A DNA stretch of 64,000 bases. Origin: Candidatus Omnitrophota bacterium. GTDB taxonomy: Bacteria; Omnitrophota; Omnitrophia; Omnitrophales; Aquincolibacteriaceae. Of this stretch, positions 45,071-56,813 are shown one piece after another. Position 1 is the first letter of the stretch. Each line of letters begins with the position of its first letter. The notes beneath the pieces are model-generated. The model worked only from the letters and a program-made list of their open reading frames with translations, searched no databases and had not been told where the DNA came from. A program made the position numbers and the translations under genes. The DNA lies in the NCBI GenBank assembly GCA_035368605.1, contig DAOSLF010000002.1:76023-140022 (forward strand), given 5' to 3'.

Positions 45071-45304
45071 ATGGCGGGCACAAACGACCTCCCCAGGCTC
45101 TTCAGGATGCTCGGAGTCGCGGTCACAATCCCGGCAATCCTTATTTCCGGTCCTTTGGCCGGGTTCCTGCTCGCCCATTGGTTAATCAAGCAGTGGAATT
45201 TAAGTCCGAAATTGATTATGATATCGGTGCTTTTGGGTCTTCTCGGATCCTCGATCCAGACCATACGGCTCATAAAACACCTCTACAAGGACATCAGCCC
45301 ATAG
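45071..45304 (+). CDS. small two-TM membrane protein, AtpZ/AtpI-like, immediately upstream of atpB
   Basis: 77 aa with two hydrophobic helices (LGVAVTIPAILISGPLAGFLLAHWL and LIMISVLLGLLGSSI). Its stop lies 2 nt before the atpB ATG. Confidence 0.5.
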   Translation: MAGTNDLPRLFRMLGVAVTIPAILISGPLAGFLLAHWLIKQWNLSPKLIMISVLLGLLGSSIQTIRLIKHLYKDISP

Positions 45305-45306
45305 CC

Positions 45307-46155
45307 ATGGACCAGACCGGACACGATATTGCCCAGACCGCTCATGCGACCGCACAAGCCGTCGGGGAGGCTCACGAGCTTCCCAACTTCTTGACGGTCC
45401 TGGCCAAACTCTTCCCCGAAAATCCGGTCTTCGATTTTCTCCATCGCTGGGAGAATGTCGTCTTCTCCCTGCTCGTAATCGGATTCATCGGCTGGCGAGC
45501 GATCGCCGCGGCCAGGACCGGGCGGTTCATCCCGAAGGGCGCACAGAATGCGTGGGAAGCCGTTACCGAGGGCCTCACATCCTTCGTGACCGGCATCCTC
45601 GGCCCCAGGGGGGTCGTGCACGTCCCGTTCCTTGGCACCCTCTTCATATATATACTGTTTGACAACTGGCTCGGCCTCGTCCCTTTTCTGAAATCCCCTA
45701 CAAGCGGATGGAGCACCACGATCGCGCTCGCCATCGTGACGATCGTCTACGTCCACGCAACGGGAATCCGGGAGCAAGGCCCTCTCAATTATGCCAAACA
45801 CATGATGGGAAGCCCCCAGGGCATCGTGGGGATCGCGCTCGCACCGCTCATGCTGGTCATCAACATCACCGTCGATTACCTCGCCGTGCCGCTTTCGCTC
45901 TCGCTCCGTCTTTTCGCCAATATCTCGAGCGAGGACCGTCTGCTTTACAAGTTCGCCGAGCTCAACGTGATGTACAAGATGCTCCCCTTCTTCTTCCAGC
46001 TTTTCGCGAACGTGCTCGTGATCATTTTCAGTCTGGTCCAGGCGTTCGTGTTCCTGCTGCTCTCGACCGTGTACATTTCCCTGATCATGCCCCGTGAGGA
46101 TCATGACCAGGACGGGAAGGCCCACGAAAAAAAGGCAATCGCTATTCATCACTAA
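45307..46155 (+). CDS. atpB: F0F1 ATP synthase subunit a
   Basis: Start at ATG 45307 (MDQTGHD...), inside a longer spurious track ORF. Conserved Arg-containing helix ...LSLRLFANISSE... is present. Confidence 0.9.
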   Translation: MDQTGHDIAQTAHATAQAVGEAHELPNFLTVLAKLFPENPVFDFLHRWENVVFSLLVIGFIGWRAIAAARTGRFIPKGAQNAWEAVTEGLTSFVTGILGPRGVVHVPFLGTLFIYILFDNWLGLVPFLKSPTSGWSTTIALAIVTIVYVHATGIREQGPLNYAKHMMGSPQGIVGIALAPLMLVINITVDYLAVPLSLSLRLFANISSEDRLLYKFAELNVMYKMLPFFFQLFANVLVIIFSLVQAFVFLLLSTVYISLIMPREDHDQDGKAHEKKAIAIHH

Positions 46156-46171
46156 CCAAAGGAGACTGTTC

Positions 46172-46402
46172 ATGAACGTTCAGATCGTTTTAGGTTTCAC
46201 ATTACCTCTCGGACTCGCCATTACTGCATTCGGTTCCGCGATCGCGCTCGGGAAGGCCGTGGCCGCCGCCATGGATGCAACCAGCCGCCAGCCTGAAGCG
46301 TCGGGCAAGATTCTCGTCAATATGATGGCCGGATGCGCCCTGATCGAAGCCTTGACGCTTTACGCGCTCGTATTCGGCTTCGTGCTCATGGGCAAGATTT
46401 AA
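46172..46402 (+). CDS. atpE: F0F1 ATP synthase subunit c
   Basis: 76 aa MNVQIVLGFTLPLGLAITAFGSAIALGKAVAAAMDATSRQPEASGKILVNMMAGCALIEALTLYALVFGFVLMGKI. AAGGAG SD lies 8 nt upstream. Confidence 0.9.
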   Translation: MNVQIVLGFTLPLGLAITAFGSAIALGKAVAAAMDATSRQPEASGKILVNMMAGCALIEALTLYALVFGFVLMGKI

Positions 46403-46417
46403 CCCCCGAAAGGCTCC

Positions 46418-46918
46418 ATGGAATATTTTCAGGAGAACATCCGTTTAGGTGAGGTCTTCGTCCAGCTACTCGCCTTTCTGATCGTGTTTTTCACGCTCAG
46501 GAAGTTCGCCTGGAAACCGCTCACCAGCGTCCTCAAGGCGCGCCGCGAGCGGATCGAACATGAGTGGACGGGTATCGAGCAAATGAAGGCCGAGGTCGCA
46601 AGACTCGAGAAGGAATACAAGGAACATCTTCAGAAAATCGACGAGGAGGCACGCGTGAAGATGCAGGAGGCCATCCAGGAAGGCCGCCGCGTTGCGCGCG
46701 AGATCCAGGAGAAGGCGCGGGGGGAATTCCAGACCTCTCTCGAAAAAACCAGGGCCAACATCGAGATCGAGTTCGAGAAGGCCCGGATCGAACTCCGCCG
46801 CGAGGTCGCGAAGCTTTCGCTCCAGGTCGCCGAAAAGGTGATCCGCGAAAAAATGGACGCGGCCCATCACGAGAAAAAAGCGATGGAGCTTATCGAAGAA
46901 CTCGGGAAGAAACCATGA
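46418..46918 (+). CDS. atpF: F0F1 ATP synthase subunit b
   Basis: 166 aa with an N-terminal TM helix followed by a long charged coiled-coil. Confidence 0.85.
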   Translation: MEYFQENIRLGEVFVQLLAFLIVFFTLRKFAWKPLTSVLKARRERIEHEWTGIEQMKAEVARLEKEYKEHLQKIDEEARVKMQEAIQEGRRVAREIQEKARGEFQTSLEKTRANIEIEFEKARIELRREVAKLSLQVAEKVIREKMDAAHHEKKAMELIEELGKKP

Positions 46919-47478
46919 GCGAGACCCTTGCGAGCATCCGCTACGCCCGCGCCCTCTTCGAGATTTCCCGGAAGGAGGACTGCCTGGCCGAAACCGAGGC
47001 GTGGCTTTCCCTTTTTGAGGAGAATGCGAAACGGCATCCCCGAATCAATGCCCTGATGCAGAACCCGATCGTCAGCGATGCTGAAAAATTCGCGTTCCTC
47101 GATAAGATCCTCCCGGGTGACACGCTCACCATCCTCAAAAATTTCCTGCGCGTCCTGATCGAGAAAAAACGGTTCGCGCTCCTCGGTGAGATCCGGCAGA
47201 CCTTTCATGCCCTGTACGACCGCCACCGAGGCTCGCTCGAAGTGGTATTGATCTCCGCGGTCCCTCTTTCGGAGGCGGTCCGGAACAAGCTCAAAGAAAC
47301 TCTCGCCGCGAAGCTCGGTTCCTCCGGCGGAACCGGAAGCCCGAAGGAGATTCATCTGGTGCAGAAGACCGAGCCGTCCCTGATCGGCGGGTTCATCCTC
47401 CGCTTTGACGGCAAAGAGATCGACTGCTCGTTCAAGAAACGTTTTCGTGAGATCGAACAACAGCTACTTGCTCAATAA
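46915..47478 (+). CDS. atpH: F0F1 ATP synthase subunit delta (OSCP)
   Basis: Start at ATG 46915 ([20 protein letters not shown]...), ATGA overlap with atpF; it is the 3' part of a longer track ORF. Confidence 0.8.
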   Translation: MSETLASIRYARALFEISRKEDCLAETEAWLSLFEENAKRHPRINALMQNPIVSDAEKFAFLDKILPGDTLTILKNFLRVLIEKKRFALLGEIRQTFHALYDRHRGSLEVVLISAVPLSEAVRNKLKETLAAKLGSSGGTGSPKEIHLVQKTEPSLIGGFILRFDGKEIDCSFKKRFREIEQQLLAQ

Positions 47479-47489
47479 GGAAGGTCCCG

Positions 47490-48995
47490 ATGCTTAAACC
47501 CGAAGAAGTCACGCAGGTCATCGAAAAAGAGATCCGAAAATACCAGACCAGGATCGAGCTCGAGTCTGTCGGTTACGTCCTTCAGGTCGGCGACGGAATC
47601 GCACGCGTCTACGGACTCGAAGAGGCCATGGCCGGCGAACTCGTGATTTTTCATGACGGGACCCCCGGCATGGTGCTGAATCTCGAGCACCATCATGTCG
47701 GTGTCGTGATCTTCGGCGCGGACCGTCAGATCAAAGAGGGTGATCAGGTCAAGCGCACGGGCAAGATCGCCCAGGTCCCGGTCGGCGACGCCCTGAAGGG
47801 CCGCGTCGTCAACCCGCTCGGCGAACCGCTCGACGGCAAGGGCCCGATCGCGTCAAACAAGATGCGCCCGGTCGAGGCGATCCCGCCCTCGGTCGTCAAA
47901 CGCCAGCCCGTCAAGGAACCGCTCCAGACCGGCATCAAGGCGATCGACGCGATGATCCCGATCGGCCGCGGCCAGCGCGAGCTCGTGATCGGTGACCGCC
48001 AGACGGGAAAGACCGCTATCCTCCTCGACACGATCCTTCACCAGAAGACGACCGGAGTGCAGTGTATCTACGTCGCGATCGGCCAGAAGCTTTCGACCGT
48101 CGTCACGCTTGCCGAAACGCTCAAAAAATACGGCGCGATGGAATACACGACGATCGTGTCGGCCTCCTCGGAGGATCCCGCGCCGCTCCAGTACCTCGCG
48201 CCGTACGCCGGCACCGCGATCGCCGAGGAATCCATGTACTCCGGCAAACACGCCCTCGTGGTCTATGACGACCTTTCAAAACACGCGGTCGCCTACCGGC
48301 AAATGTCGCTCCTTCTGCAACGTCCTCCGGGCCGCGAGGCATATCCCGGCGATGTCTTTTATCTCCATTCCCGCCTGCTCGAGCGCGCCGCGAAGCTCCG
48401 CGACGACCTCGGCGGAGGCTCGCTCACCGCGCTGCCCGTGATCGAGACCCAACTCGGTGACATCTCGGCCTACATCCCGACAAACGTCATTTCGATCACG
48501 GACGGCCAGATTTATCTGGAAAGCGACCTCTTTTACGGCGGAGTCCGCCCCGCGATCAATGTCGGTCTTTCCGTGTCGCGCGTCGGCGGGAACGCCCAGA
48601 CCAAGGCCATGAAACAGGTGGCCGGCATGCTGCGTCTTTCGCTTGCCCAGTACCGCGAGCTCCAGGCCTTCGCGCAGCTTTCCACCGACCTCGACAAGGC
48701 TACGCAAGACCAGCTCGCGCGGGGGGAGCGCATGACCGAGATTCTGAAGCAGGACGATCTCTCTCCCATGCCGCTGGAACATCAGGTGGTCATCATTTTC
48801 GCCGGCAACGAAGGACTCCTCGACGATATTCCCGTCGGGCAGATCAGCCAGTTCGAAACCCGGCTCCTTGATTTCATCGACCAGAACTACCTTGATATCT
48901 TTCATGAAATCTCACAGAAAAAAGTCATTTCGGACCCGCTGAAAGAGAAAATGAAGCAGGCGGTCCTGAAGTTCAAACAAACCTTTAAAGTCTAG
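47490..48995 (+). CDS. atpA: F0F1 ATP synthase subunit alpha
   Basis: 501 aa with GDRQTGKT P-loop. Confidence 0.95.
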   Translation: MLKPEEVTQVIEKEIRKYQTRIELESVGYVLQVGDGIARVYGLEEAMAGELVIFHDGTPGMVLNLEHHHVGVVIFGADRQIKEGDQVKRTGKIAQVPVGDALKGRVVNPLGEPLDGKGPIASNKMRPVEAIPPSVVKRQPVKEPLQTGIKAIDAMIPIGRGQRELVIGDRQTGKTAILLDTILHQKTTGVQCIYVAIGQKLSTVVTLAETLKKYGAMEYTTIVSASSEDPAPLQYLAPYAGTAIAEESMYSGKHALVVYDDLSKHAVAYRQMSLLLQRPPGREAYPGDVFYLHSRLLERAAKLRDDLGGGSLTALPVIETQLGDISAYIPTNVISITDGQIYLESDLFYGGVRPAINVGLSVSRVGGNAQTKAMKQVAGMLRLSLAQYRELQAFAQLSTDLDKATQDQLARGERMTEILKQDDLSPMPLEHQVVIIFAGNEGLLDDIPVGQISQFETRLLDFIDQNYLDIFHEISQKKVISDPLKEKMKQAVLKFKQTFKV

Positions 48996-49001
48996 TGCGG
49001 T

Positions 49002-49040
49002 GTACGGCGTACGGAGTTCTGTAAAAAAACGGAACTCCGT
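49002..49040. repeat. GTAC-rich repeat copy GTACGGCGTACGGAGT plus inverted partner (acggagttc-N12-gaactccgt hairpin), atpA-atpG spacer
   Basis: 16-mer at 49002-49017 is identical to 49931-49946. It begins 7 nt after the atpA stop. Confidence 0.5.
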
Positions 49041-49070
49041 GCTCCGGCCCCCGCGCTCCGCACAAGGATT

Positions 49071-51418
<2,348 letters not shown>

Positions 51419-51496
51419 ACTCAAAAGGACTCGTTCCTTGGGACGAGGAATCAAAACGGATCCCGGAGCGCCGGTTCCGGGTCCCGGAATTTAAAA

Positions 51497-51766
51497 ATGA
51501 CTGAACCTGTTTATACATTACGGATCGTGACCCCGGTGGGCATCGCCTATGAAGGTTCCGCCGCGCACACCATCGTGCCGGTCGAGCGCGGCTTCGTGGG
51601 CATCCTCGCCCATCACGCGCCGTACCTGACCTCGTCCGCGGGAGGAAAGCTCTCCGTCAGGGAGAAGAACGGCAGCCTCAAGGAATTCACGGTCGAACAC
51701 GGTTTCTTCGAATTTAACGGGAACCGGGCTCTATTCCTCACCCATTCCTGTTCACCGGTCAAATAA
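51497..51766 (+). CDS. atpC: F0F1 ATP synthase subunit epsilon, short form (89 aa, beta-sandwich domain only)
   Basis: MTEPVYTLRIVTPVGIAYEGSAAHTIVPVERGFVGILAHHAPYLTS...; lacks the C-terminal two-helix regulatory domain. Confidence 0.85.
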   Translation: MTEPVYTLRIVTPVGIAYEGSAAHTIVPVERGFVGILAHHAPYLTSSAGGKLSVREKNGSLKEFTVEHGFFEFNGNRALFLTHSCSPVK

Positions 51767-51776
51767 AGAATCTGCC

Positions 51777-52124
51777 ATGCACAAAAAGAACCATGCCCGC
51801 GAATCCGAGACACGCGAGGCGATGCGCGGAGGGGCCGGCAAGATCACCGTCCGCCACTACTTCAAGCCCGGGGATCTCAAGGCCCGCACGCGTCTTTGCG
51901 CGGAGCTTGTCATCCCCGCGGGCGCGAGTATCGGCGCCCACGACCATGTGGACGAGGACGAAATTTACATCATCCACCGGGGTAAAGGCATTATGACGGA
52001 CGGTGGCGAGGAATTCGAGGTTGCGGCGGGCGATGCCGTCGTAACCGGACAGGGCGCGTTTCATTCCATCCGGAACACCGGCACGGAAGACCTCCTCATC
52101 ACGGCCGTCATCATAAAGTATTAA
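51777..52124 (+). CDS. cupin-domain protein
   Basis: 115 aa ORF with a cupin_2 metal motif region (GAHDHVDEDEIYIIHRGKG...GAFHSIRNTG). Confidence 0.6.
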   Translation: MHKKNHARESETREAMRGGAGKITVRHYFKPGDLKARTRLCAELVIPAGASIGAHDHVDEDEIYIIHRGKGIMTDGGEEFEVAAGDAVVTGQGAFHSIRNTGTEDLLITAVIIKY

Positions 52125-52230
52125 CTTCATGACATCACGCGCGCCAGACCGCATGCCTCACGGAACATCTTTGATGGGACAGCCGTATCCTGCAACCTTG
52201 CGGCGCGCGGCTTTGAGCCTGATGTAACTC

Positions 52231-53400
52231 ATGACCGGCGCCTTCCCTTCCGAGATCCACATCCCGGACAAGGTCCTTTCGGGGAAAAATGGCGTCTTGG
52301 AATTTCCGGGCAAAGCGGCCTCGTTCGGCTCCCGCGGCGTGATCGTTCACGGCGCTTCCGTCGAAAAGAACGGACTCAAATCCAGTCTCGTTCCCCTTTT
52401 AAAGAAAGCCGGTGTCGAAACCGCCTGGTTCTGCCGCGGGAAAGCGCACCCCCACGCGCTCCAGGAAGCTTCCGTTCAGGAGATCCGCGACGTGATCGCG
52501 CTCGGCAAAAACACGAACGCCCGGTGGATCGCCGGGATCGGCGGCGGGAGTGTCCTTGATCTCGCGAAAGCCGCGGCGGGCCTTTATCACGCTCACGAGG
52601 ACCCCGTCTATTACCAGGAAGGCGGGAAACTCACGGAAAAAGGAATCCCGTTCCTCGCCGTCCCCACAACCGCCGGCAGCGGTTCCGAGGCCACGTTGAA
52701 TGCGGTCATCATCAATCCCGGGAAAAAAGTAAAACTCTCGATCCGCCACCCCGCCTTCCTCGCCGCCGGGGTGATCCTGGACCCCGAACTCCTGAAGACG
52801 GTCCCGGAGAGCGTCATGGCCCACTCGGGGATGGACGCGCTTGTCCAGGCCTATGAATCCTACACCTCGAAGAACGCGACGCTTTTCACCGAAACGCTGG
52901 CTCTTCGAGCGATCGAGATGATCGGTGCGAGCCTCATTCCCGCCGCCAAGCCCGCCCCAACCGATATCCAACCTACGAGGTTGGATATCGGTGAACGGGA
53001 CAAGGCGCTGCACGATATGCTTTTCGCGAGTTTCCTCGCGGGGCTCGCATTCTCGCATTCCCGGCTCGGCGTGATTCACGGGATCGCACACTCTCTCGGC
53101 GTTCTCTACGGCGTGCCGCACGGCCTCGTCTGCGCGGCCTGCTTCATTCCGTCGATCAAGATGAATCGTGAGGCCATGGGAGAAAAATACGCCCGGATGA
53201 GCCGCGCCCTGGGTGGCGACCTCACTGAAAAAATCACGACGCTTCAGACCGCGCTCGGCATCACGTCTCCCTTCAAGGGGAAACCCGTGATCGAAAAGGA
53301 AAAGATCATCGCGGAGACCCTCAGGTCCGGCTCCACTGCCGCGAATCCAAAACCGGTCGAGCGCGAGGACGTCGAATTCCTCCTGGGTGAGCTCTTCTAG
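52231..53400 (+). CDS. iron-containing (group III) alcohol dehydrogenase family protein
   Basis: 389 aa with GGGSVLDLAKA NAD motif and His-rich metal ligands (HSGMDALVQAYE, HGIAHSLG...HG). Confidence 0.8.
   Translation: MTGAFPSEIHIPDKVLSGKNGVLEFPGKAASFGSRGVIVHGASVEKNGLKSSLVPLLKKAGVETAWFCRGKAHPHALQEASVQEIRDVIALGKNTNARWIAGIGGGSVLDLAKAAAGLYHAHEDPVYYQEGGKLTEKGIPFLAVPTTAGSGSEATLNAVIINPGKKVKLSIRHPAFLAAGVILDPELLKTVPESVMAHSGMDALVQAYESYTSKNATLFTETLALRAIEMIGASLIPAAKPAPTDIQPTRLDIGERDKALHDMLFASFLAGLAFSHSRLGVIHGIAHSLGVLYGVPHGLVCAACFIPSIKMNREAMGEKYARMSRALGGDLTEKITTLQTALGITSPFKGKPVIEKEKIIAETLRSGSTAANPKPVEREDVEFLLGELF
52961..52991. repeat. 31-nt perfect hairpin ccgatatccaacct-acg-aggttggatatcgg inside the Fe-ADH CDS; contains the 21-mer shared with 10319-10339
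   Basis: 14-bp perfect inverted repeat with a 3-nt loop, in frame, encoding TDIQPTRLDIG. Core 21-mer (52967-52987) is identical to the intergenic copy. Confidence 0.5.
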
Positions 53401-53401
53401 C

Positions 53402-53428
53402 AAAGGGGACTGTCCCCTTTTTTTATTT
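53402..53428 (+). terminator. Rho-independent terminator after the Fe-ADH gene
   Basis: aaaggggac-t-gtccccttt hairpin followed by TTTTTTTATTT. Confidence 0.6.
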
Positions 53429-53449
53429 CATGCTACCATCCTCCCCGTC

Positions 53450-54337
53450 ATGATACATTTCCTGGAATACCTCGCAGCCTCGGCGCTCATCGCGCTCGCG
53501 AAAGCCCTACCCGTCCGGACCGCGGCGTGGATCGCCTGTCGTTTCGCGGACCTGTCATACTGGATCCTCCCGGCCCGCCGGCGGGTCGCCCTCGGGAACG
53601 TCGGGAAGGCTTTCGGGGACTCCCTTGCCGCGAGCGAAAAACGATCGATCGTCCGCTCCGCCTTTCGCAGTGCCGCGCTTTCCATGATGGAACTTTTCAT
53701 CGTCGAAAAGACCGCCGCGACCGCCCGGCAGCACTTCAAGCTCCTGAACAACGAACGGCTCGAGAAAGCCTTCGCCGCCGGAAAAGGCGTGATCCTTGTG
53801 ATCGCGCACCTCGGTTCATGGGAGTACCTCTCGTTCCTTCCTTTCCTGACCGGACAGCCCTGGTCCGTGATCGTCAAGGACATCAAGAACCCGCACCTCG
53901 ACCGGCTCATCACGAAAAAGCGGAAGGTCATGACCGTGAACCCGGTCCCCAAGAACAATTCCATCAAAACCGTTCTGCGGGAACTGAAGCAAGGGCGCGG
54001 CGCCGCGATCCTGATCGACCAGTGGGCCGGCGACGACGGAATCTGGACGGATTTTTTCGGAACGCCGACCTCGACCACCTCTATTCCCGCGAGACTCGCC
54101 CGGGCCATGGGTTCGGCCCTCGTGCCTGCCTGCTGCCTGAGGACGTCTCCGGGTGAATACGAGATCCATATCGGGGAACCGGTATCGTGGGACCGGGACG
54201 CGCGCGATTGGGAAAGCACCGTGACAAAACAACTGAACGCCATCCTGGAACAAAAGATTCGCGAACATCCCGGACAATGGCTTTGGGGACACCGGCGATG
54301 GAAACCAAAACCGGCAAATCTCCGGGAAACGGCCTGA
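53450..54337 (+). CDS. lysophospholipid/lipid A acyltransferase (LpxL/HtrB-like) family protein
   Basis: Start at the internal ATG (MIHFLEYLAASALIALAKALP...), since the track ORF begins inside the upstream terminator. Acyltransferase H-box HLGSWEY. Confidence 0.7.
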   Translation: MIHFLEYLAASALIALAKALPVRTAAWIACRFADLSYWILPARRRVALGNVGKAFGDSLAASEKRSIVRSAFRSAALSMMELFIVEKTAATARQHFKLLNNERLEKAFAAGKGVILVIAHLGSWEYLSFLPFLTGQPWSVIVKDIKNPHLDRLITKKRKVMTVNPVPKNNSIKTVLRELKQGRGAAILIDQWAGDDGIWTDFFGTPTSTTSIPARLARAMGSALVPACCLRTSPGEYEIHIGEPVSWDRDARDWESTVTKQLNAILEQKIREHPGQWLWGHRRWKPKPANLRETA

Positions 54338-54420
54338 AAACCGCTCAACACGGAACGGTCAACACAAGCACCGGCCTGTTCGTTGTGTCCTGATCGTGAG
54401 GCATGGGGCCGGATTTCAAA

Positions 54421-55584
54421 ATGAACATTGAGCTAACAATCGAAAAAATCGCGTTCGGCGGCGACGGTCTCGGTTTCGTTGACGGGAAGGCTTATTTCGT
54501 GGAGGGCGCTCTTCCGGGCGAGCGGGTCCTCGCGCGTGTCAAGAACGACAAAAAAAATTACGGAAAGGCGCGCCTGCTCAGGGTCCTGCTCCCTTCCCCC
54601 GAACGCGTCGAACCACCCTGTCCCTACGTTCGGGCCTGCGGCGGATGCCAATACCAGCATCTCCGCTACGAGGAAGAGCTCCGCTGGAAGGAGCTGCAGG
54701 TGCGTGAAAGTTTCGCGAAGGAACTGCGCGCGGACGCGCCCTTCATCCAGCCGATCCGTCGGGGGCCGAAGGAATACGGATACCGGCAGAGCATCACGCT
54801 GCACCGCACGGTCAAGACCAACCAGAAACCCCACCCACTCGCGTTCATCGGCCGCGACAACCATTCATTCGTTTTCATCGAGAACTGTATGCTTGCGGAC
54901 GAGAACCTTAAAAGCGTTTTCGCGGCGCCGCACGCGCTCGGTAAATACGAGATCAAACGCGTCTTCAAGATCGGCCAGGACAAGGGGATCGTCTCAAGCG
55001 AGGAGGACAGGCTTTACCGCGTTCCGCTCGGGGGTGAGGTGTTCTGGGCTCATTCGCGCGGATTCTTTCAGAACAACCTCGATGTGACGGAACTGGTCGC
55101 GGAAGAGGTCGCGGAGATCGTCCGCGAGACAGCCCCCTCGCGTTTCATCGATCTCTATTCCGGCGTCGGCACCTTCACGGTCCTCTCGGCCCCGAAGATC
55201 CCCGAGCTCTGCTGCTTTGAGCAAAGTCCGTACGCCATCGACTGCCTCAGGCGCAATCTGAACGAACGTGGCCTTCCGGGCGCGATCTTCCGCGGAAAGG
55301 TCGAACAAATGTTCCCGAACTTCTGGCTGGGGAACCGGAAAGAAGACTCCTTCATCCTGCTCGACCCGCCGCGTCTCGGGATCACGCCGCAGCTCGCCGA
55401 GTTCTTCTCGAAGGCGGACATGATCACGAACCTCGTCTACCTCGCCTGCGACCTCCAGATCCTCTTGAGGGACCTCCGGATCATTCTCTCGAAAGGGAAT
55501 TACCGGATCCGGACCGTAGTCCCCTTCGACATGTTCCCGCGCACGAAACACCTCGAGGTTCTCGCCTGGCTCGAGCGCGCGTGA
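54421..55584 (+). CDS. RNA (uracil-C5)-methyltransferase, RlmD/RumA family (TRAM domain plus 4Fe-4S cysteines)
   Basis: TRAM-like N-terminus (IEKIAFGGDGLGFVDGKAYFVEGALPGERV), cluster cysteines CPYVRACGGCQYQHL, and a C-terminal SAM-MTase with the catalytic region. The start could also be at 54403. Confidence 0.75.
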   Translation: MNIELTIEKIAFGGDGLGFVDGKAYFVEGALPGERVLARVKNDKKNYGKARLLRVLLPSPERVEPPCPYVRACGGCQYQHLRYEEELRWKELQVRESFAKELRADAPFIQPIRRGPKEYGYRQSITLHRTVKTNQKPHPLAFIGRDNHSFVFIENCMLADENLKSVFAAPHALGKYEIKRVFKIGQDKGIVSSEEDRLYRVPLGGEVFWAHSRGFFQNNLDVTELVAEEVAEIVRETAPSRFIDLYSGVGTFTVLSAPKIPELCCFEQSPYAIDCLRRNLNERGLPGAIFRGKVEQMFPNFWLGNRKEDSFILLDPPRLGITPQLAEFFSKADMITNLVYLACDLQILLRDLRIILSKGNYRIRTVVPFDMFPRTKHLEVLAWLERA

Positions 55585-55626
55585 CCGGGGACAGCCTTTT
55601 TTGACAAAAAACGACAGCCCGGCCGC

Positions 55627-56031
55627 TCAGTAGATGTCTTCCGCAATCATGTGTTCGTCCGAGAGGCCGAAGTAGTGCGCGAACTCATGCAGGACCGTGT
55701 CCCGTACCGCTCGACGGATCTCACGGCGATCTTGGCAGGAACGCAGGATCGGGCCCCGGAAGATCGTGATCCGGTCCGGGAAAACGGGACCGTCATGGTG
55801 GGTCCTTTCGCCATACGGTACACCTTCGTAGAGGCCCAGGAGCTCTTCTTCTCCGCCGCTCTCCTTCTTCTGCCGGGCCGACGGTTCAGCGCGAATCACG
55901 ACCGCGACATTCTCAAGCCTTCGCGCGAATTCCGCGGGGAGACCCTTCACCGTTTCCCGGACGAGCGCCTCGAACTCGGCGGACGTCACCTCTTCCTTGC
56001 GGCTCTTTTCCGGAACCTCTTTTCTTTTCAT
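55627..56031 (-). CDS. DUF1025/zincin-like metallopeptidase family protein
   Basis: 134 aa with HEFAHYFG (HExxH) near the C-terminus; ATGA-type overlap with the upstream rluA-like gene. Confidence 0.6.
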   Translation of the reverse strand: MKRKEVPEKSRKEEVTSAEFEALVRETVKGLPAEFARRLENVAVVIRAEPSARQKKESGGEEELLGLYEGVPYGERTHHDGPVFPDRITIFRGPILRSCQDRREIRRAVRDTVLHEFAHYFGLSDEHMIAEDIY

Positions 56032-56813
56032 CTTTCCCGCTCCTTCTTTTCCTCTGGGCGATCACCCGCGGCAAGGAACTCGCTGAAACATTCCGGGAGC
56101 GCGGATCTGAATTTCAGTTTCTCTTCCGTCACGGGATGGATGAATTCGAGACCTGACGCGTGCAGAAGCAGACGCTCGGCTTTTACGACGGAACGCATGT
56201 CTTCCTGCCAGCCTTCGTGGATGTAGCGCTCGAACACGGCGGGGTCGATATAGATCTTGTCCCCCGCGACCGGATGGCCGAGGTGCGCGAGGTGAACGCG
56301 GATCTGATGCGTGCGTCCCGTATGCGGGACCAGCTTGAGGAGCGAATAATCCCCGGCGCGGCTCAGGACTTCATAATCCGTCCGGGCTTCCTGGCCGTCC
56401 GGATCGGGGACGCGGATATTGTGAACACCGCCGGGCCTGAGACCGAGCGGGACGTCAATCGTACCGTGATCCTTCGCCGGCGCTCCAAGCACGACCGCGT
56501 GATATTCCTTGCGAATCCGGCGTCTCTCAAACAAAAGTCCGAGGGGCCCGGCCATCTCCGGCAAGCGCGAAACCAGCACGATCCCGCTCGTTTCGGAATC
56601 GAGCCGGTTGACGATCCTGAGGCTGGCCCCTTCGGATCCGAAATCTTTTTTGAGAAAACTCAGAAGGTTTCTTTTCCTGAACCGTCCGACCGGATGCACG
56701 GGAAGCGGCGCGGGCTTCTCGATCACGAGAAACGCGTTTTCGCTATGCAGGATCCTGTAGCCCGTCTCCAGATAGAGATCTTCTTCGGGCTTCAACTTGC
56801 GGCTTTCCATCAT
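56028..56813 (-). CDS. RluA-family pseudouridine synthase
   Basis: Start at ATG 56811-56813 (MMESRKLKPEED...), overlapping the stop of the upstream dehydrogenase. Catalytic motif VNRLDSETSGIVLV (Asp). The long track ORF N-terminus is rejected. Confidence 0.8.
   Translation of the reverse strand: MMESRKLKPEEDLYLETGYRILHSENAFLVIEKPAPLPVHPVGRFRKRNLLSFLKKDFGSEGASLRIVNRLDSETSGIVLVSRLPEMAGPLGLLFERRRIRKEYHAVVLGAPAKDHGTIDVPLGLRPGGVHNIRVPDPDGQEARTDYEVLSRAGDYSLLKLVPHTGRTHQIRVHLAHLGHPVAGDKIYIDPAVFERYIHEGWQEDMRSVVKAERLLLHASGLEFIHPVTEEKLKFRSALPECFSEFLAAGDRPEEKKERER

Noticed and set aside
52399-54351. Minus-strand ORFs 52399-53403 and 53428-54351 antisense to the Fe-ADH and acyltransferase genes
   Set aside because: No motifs and extreme Arg/Gly content. 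The plus-strand genes have clear family signatures and a terminator between them.
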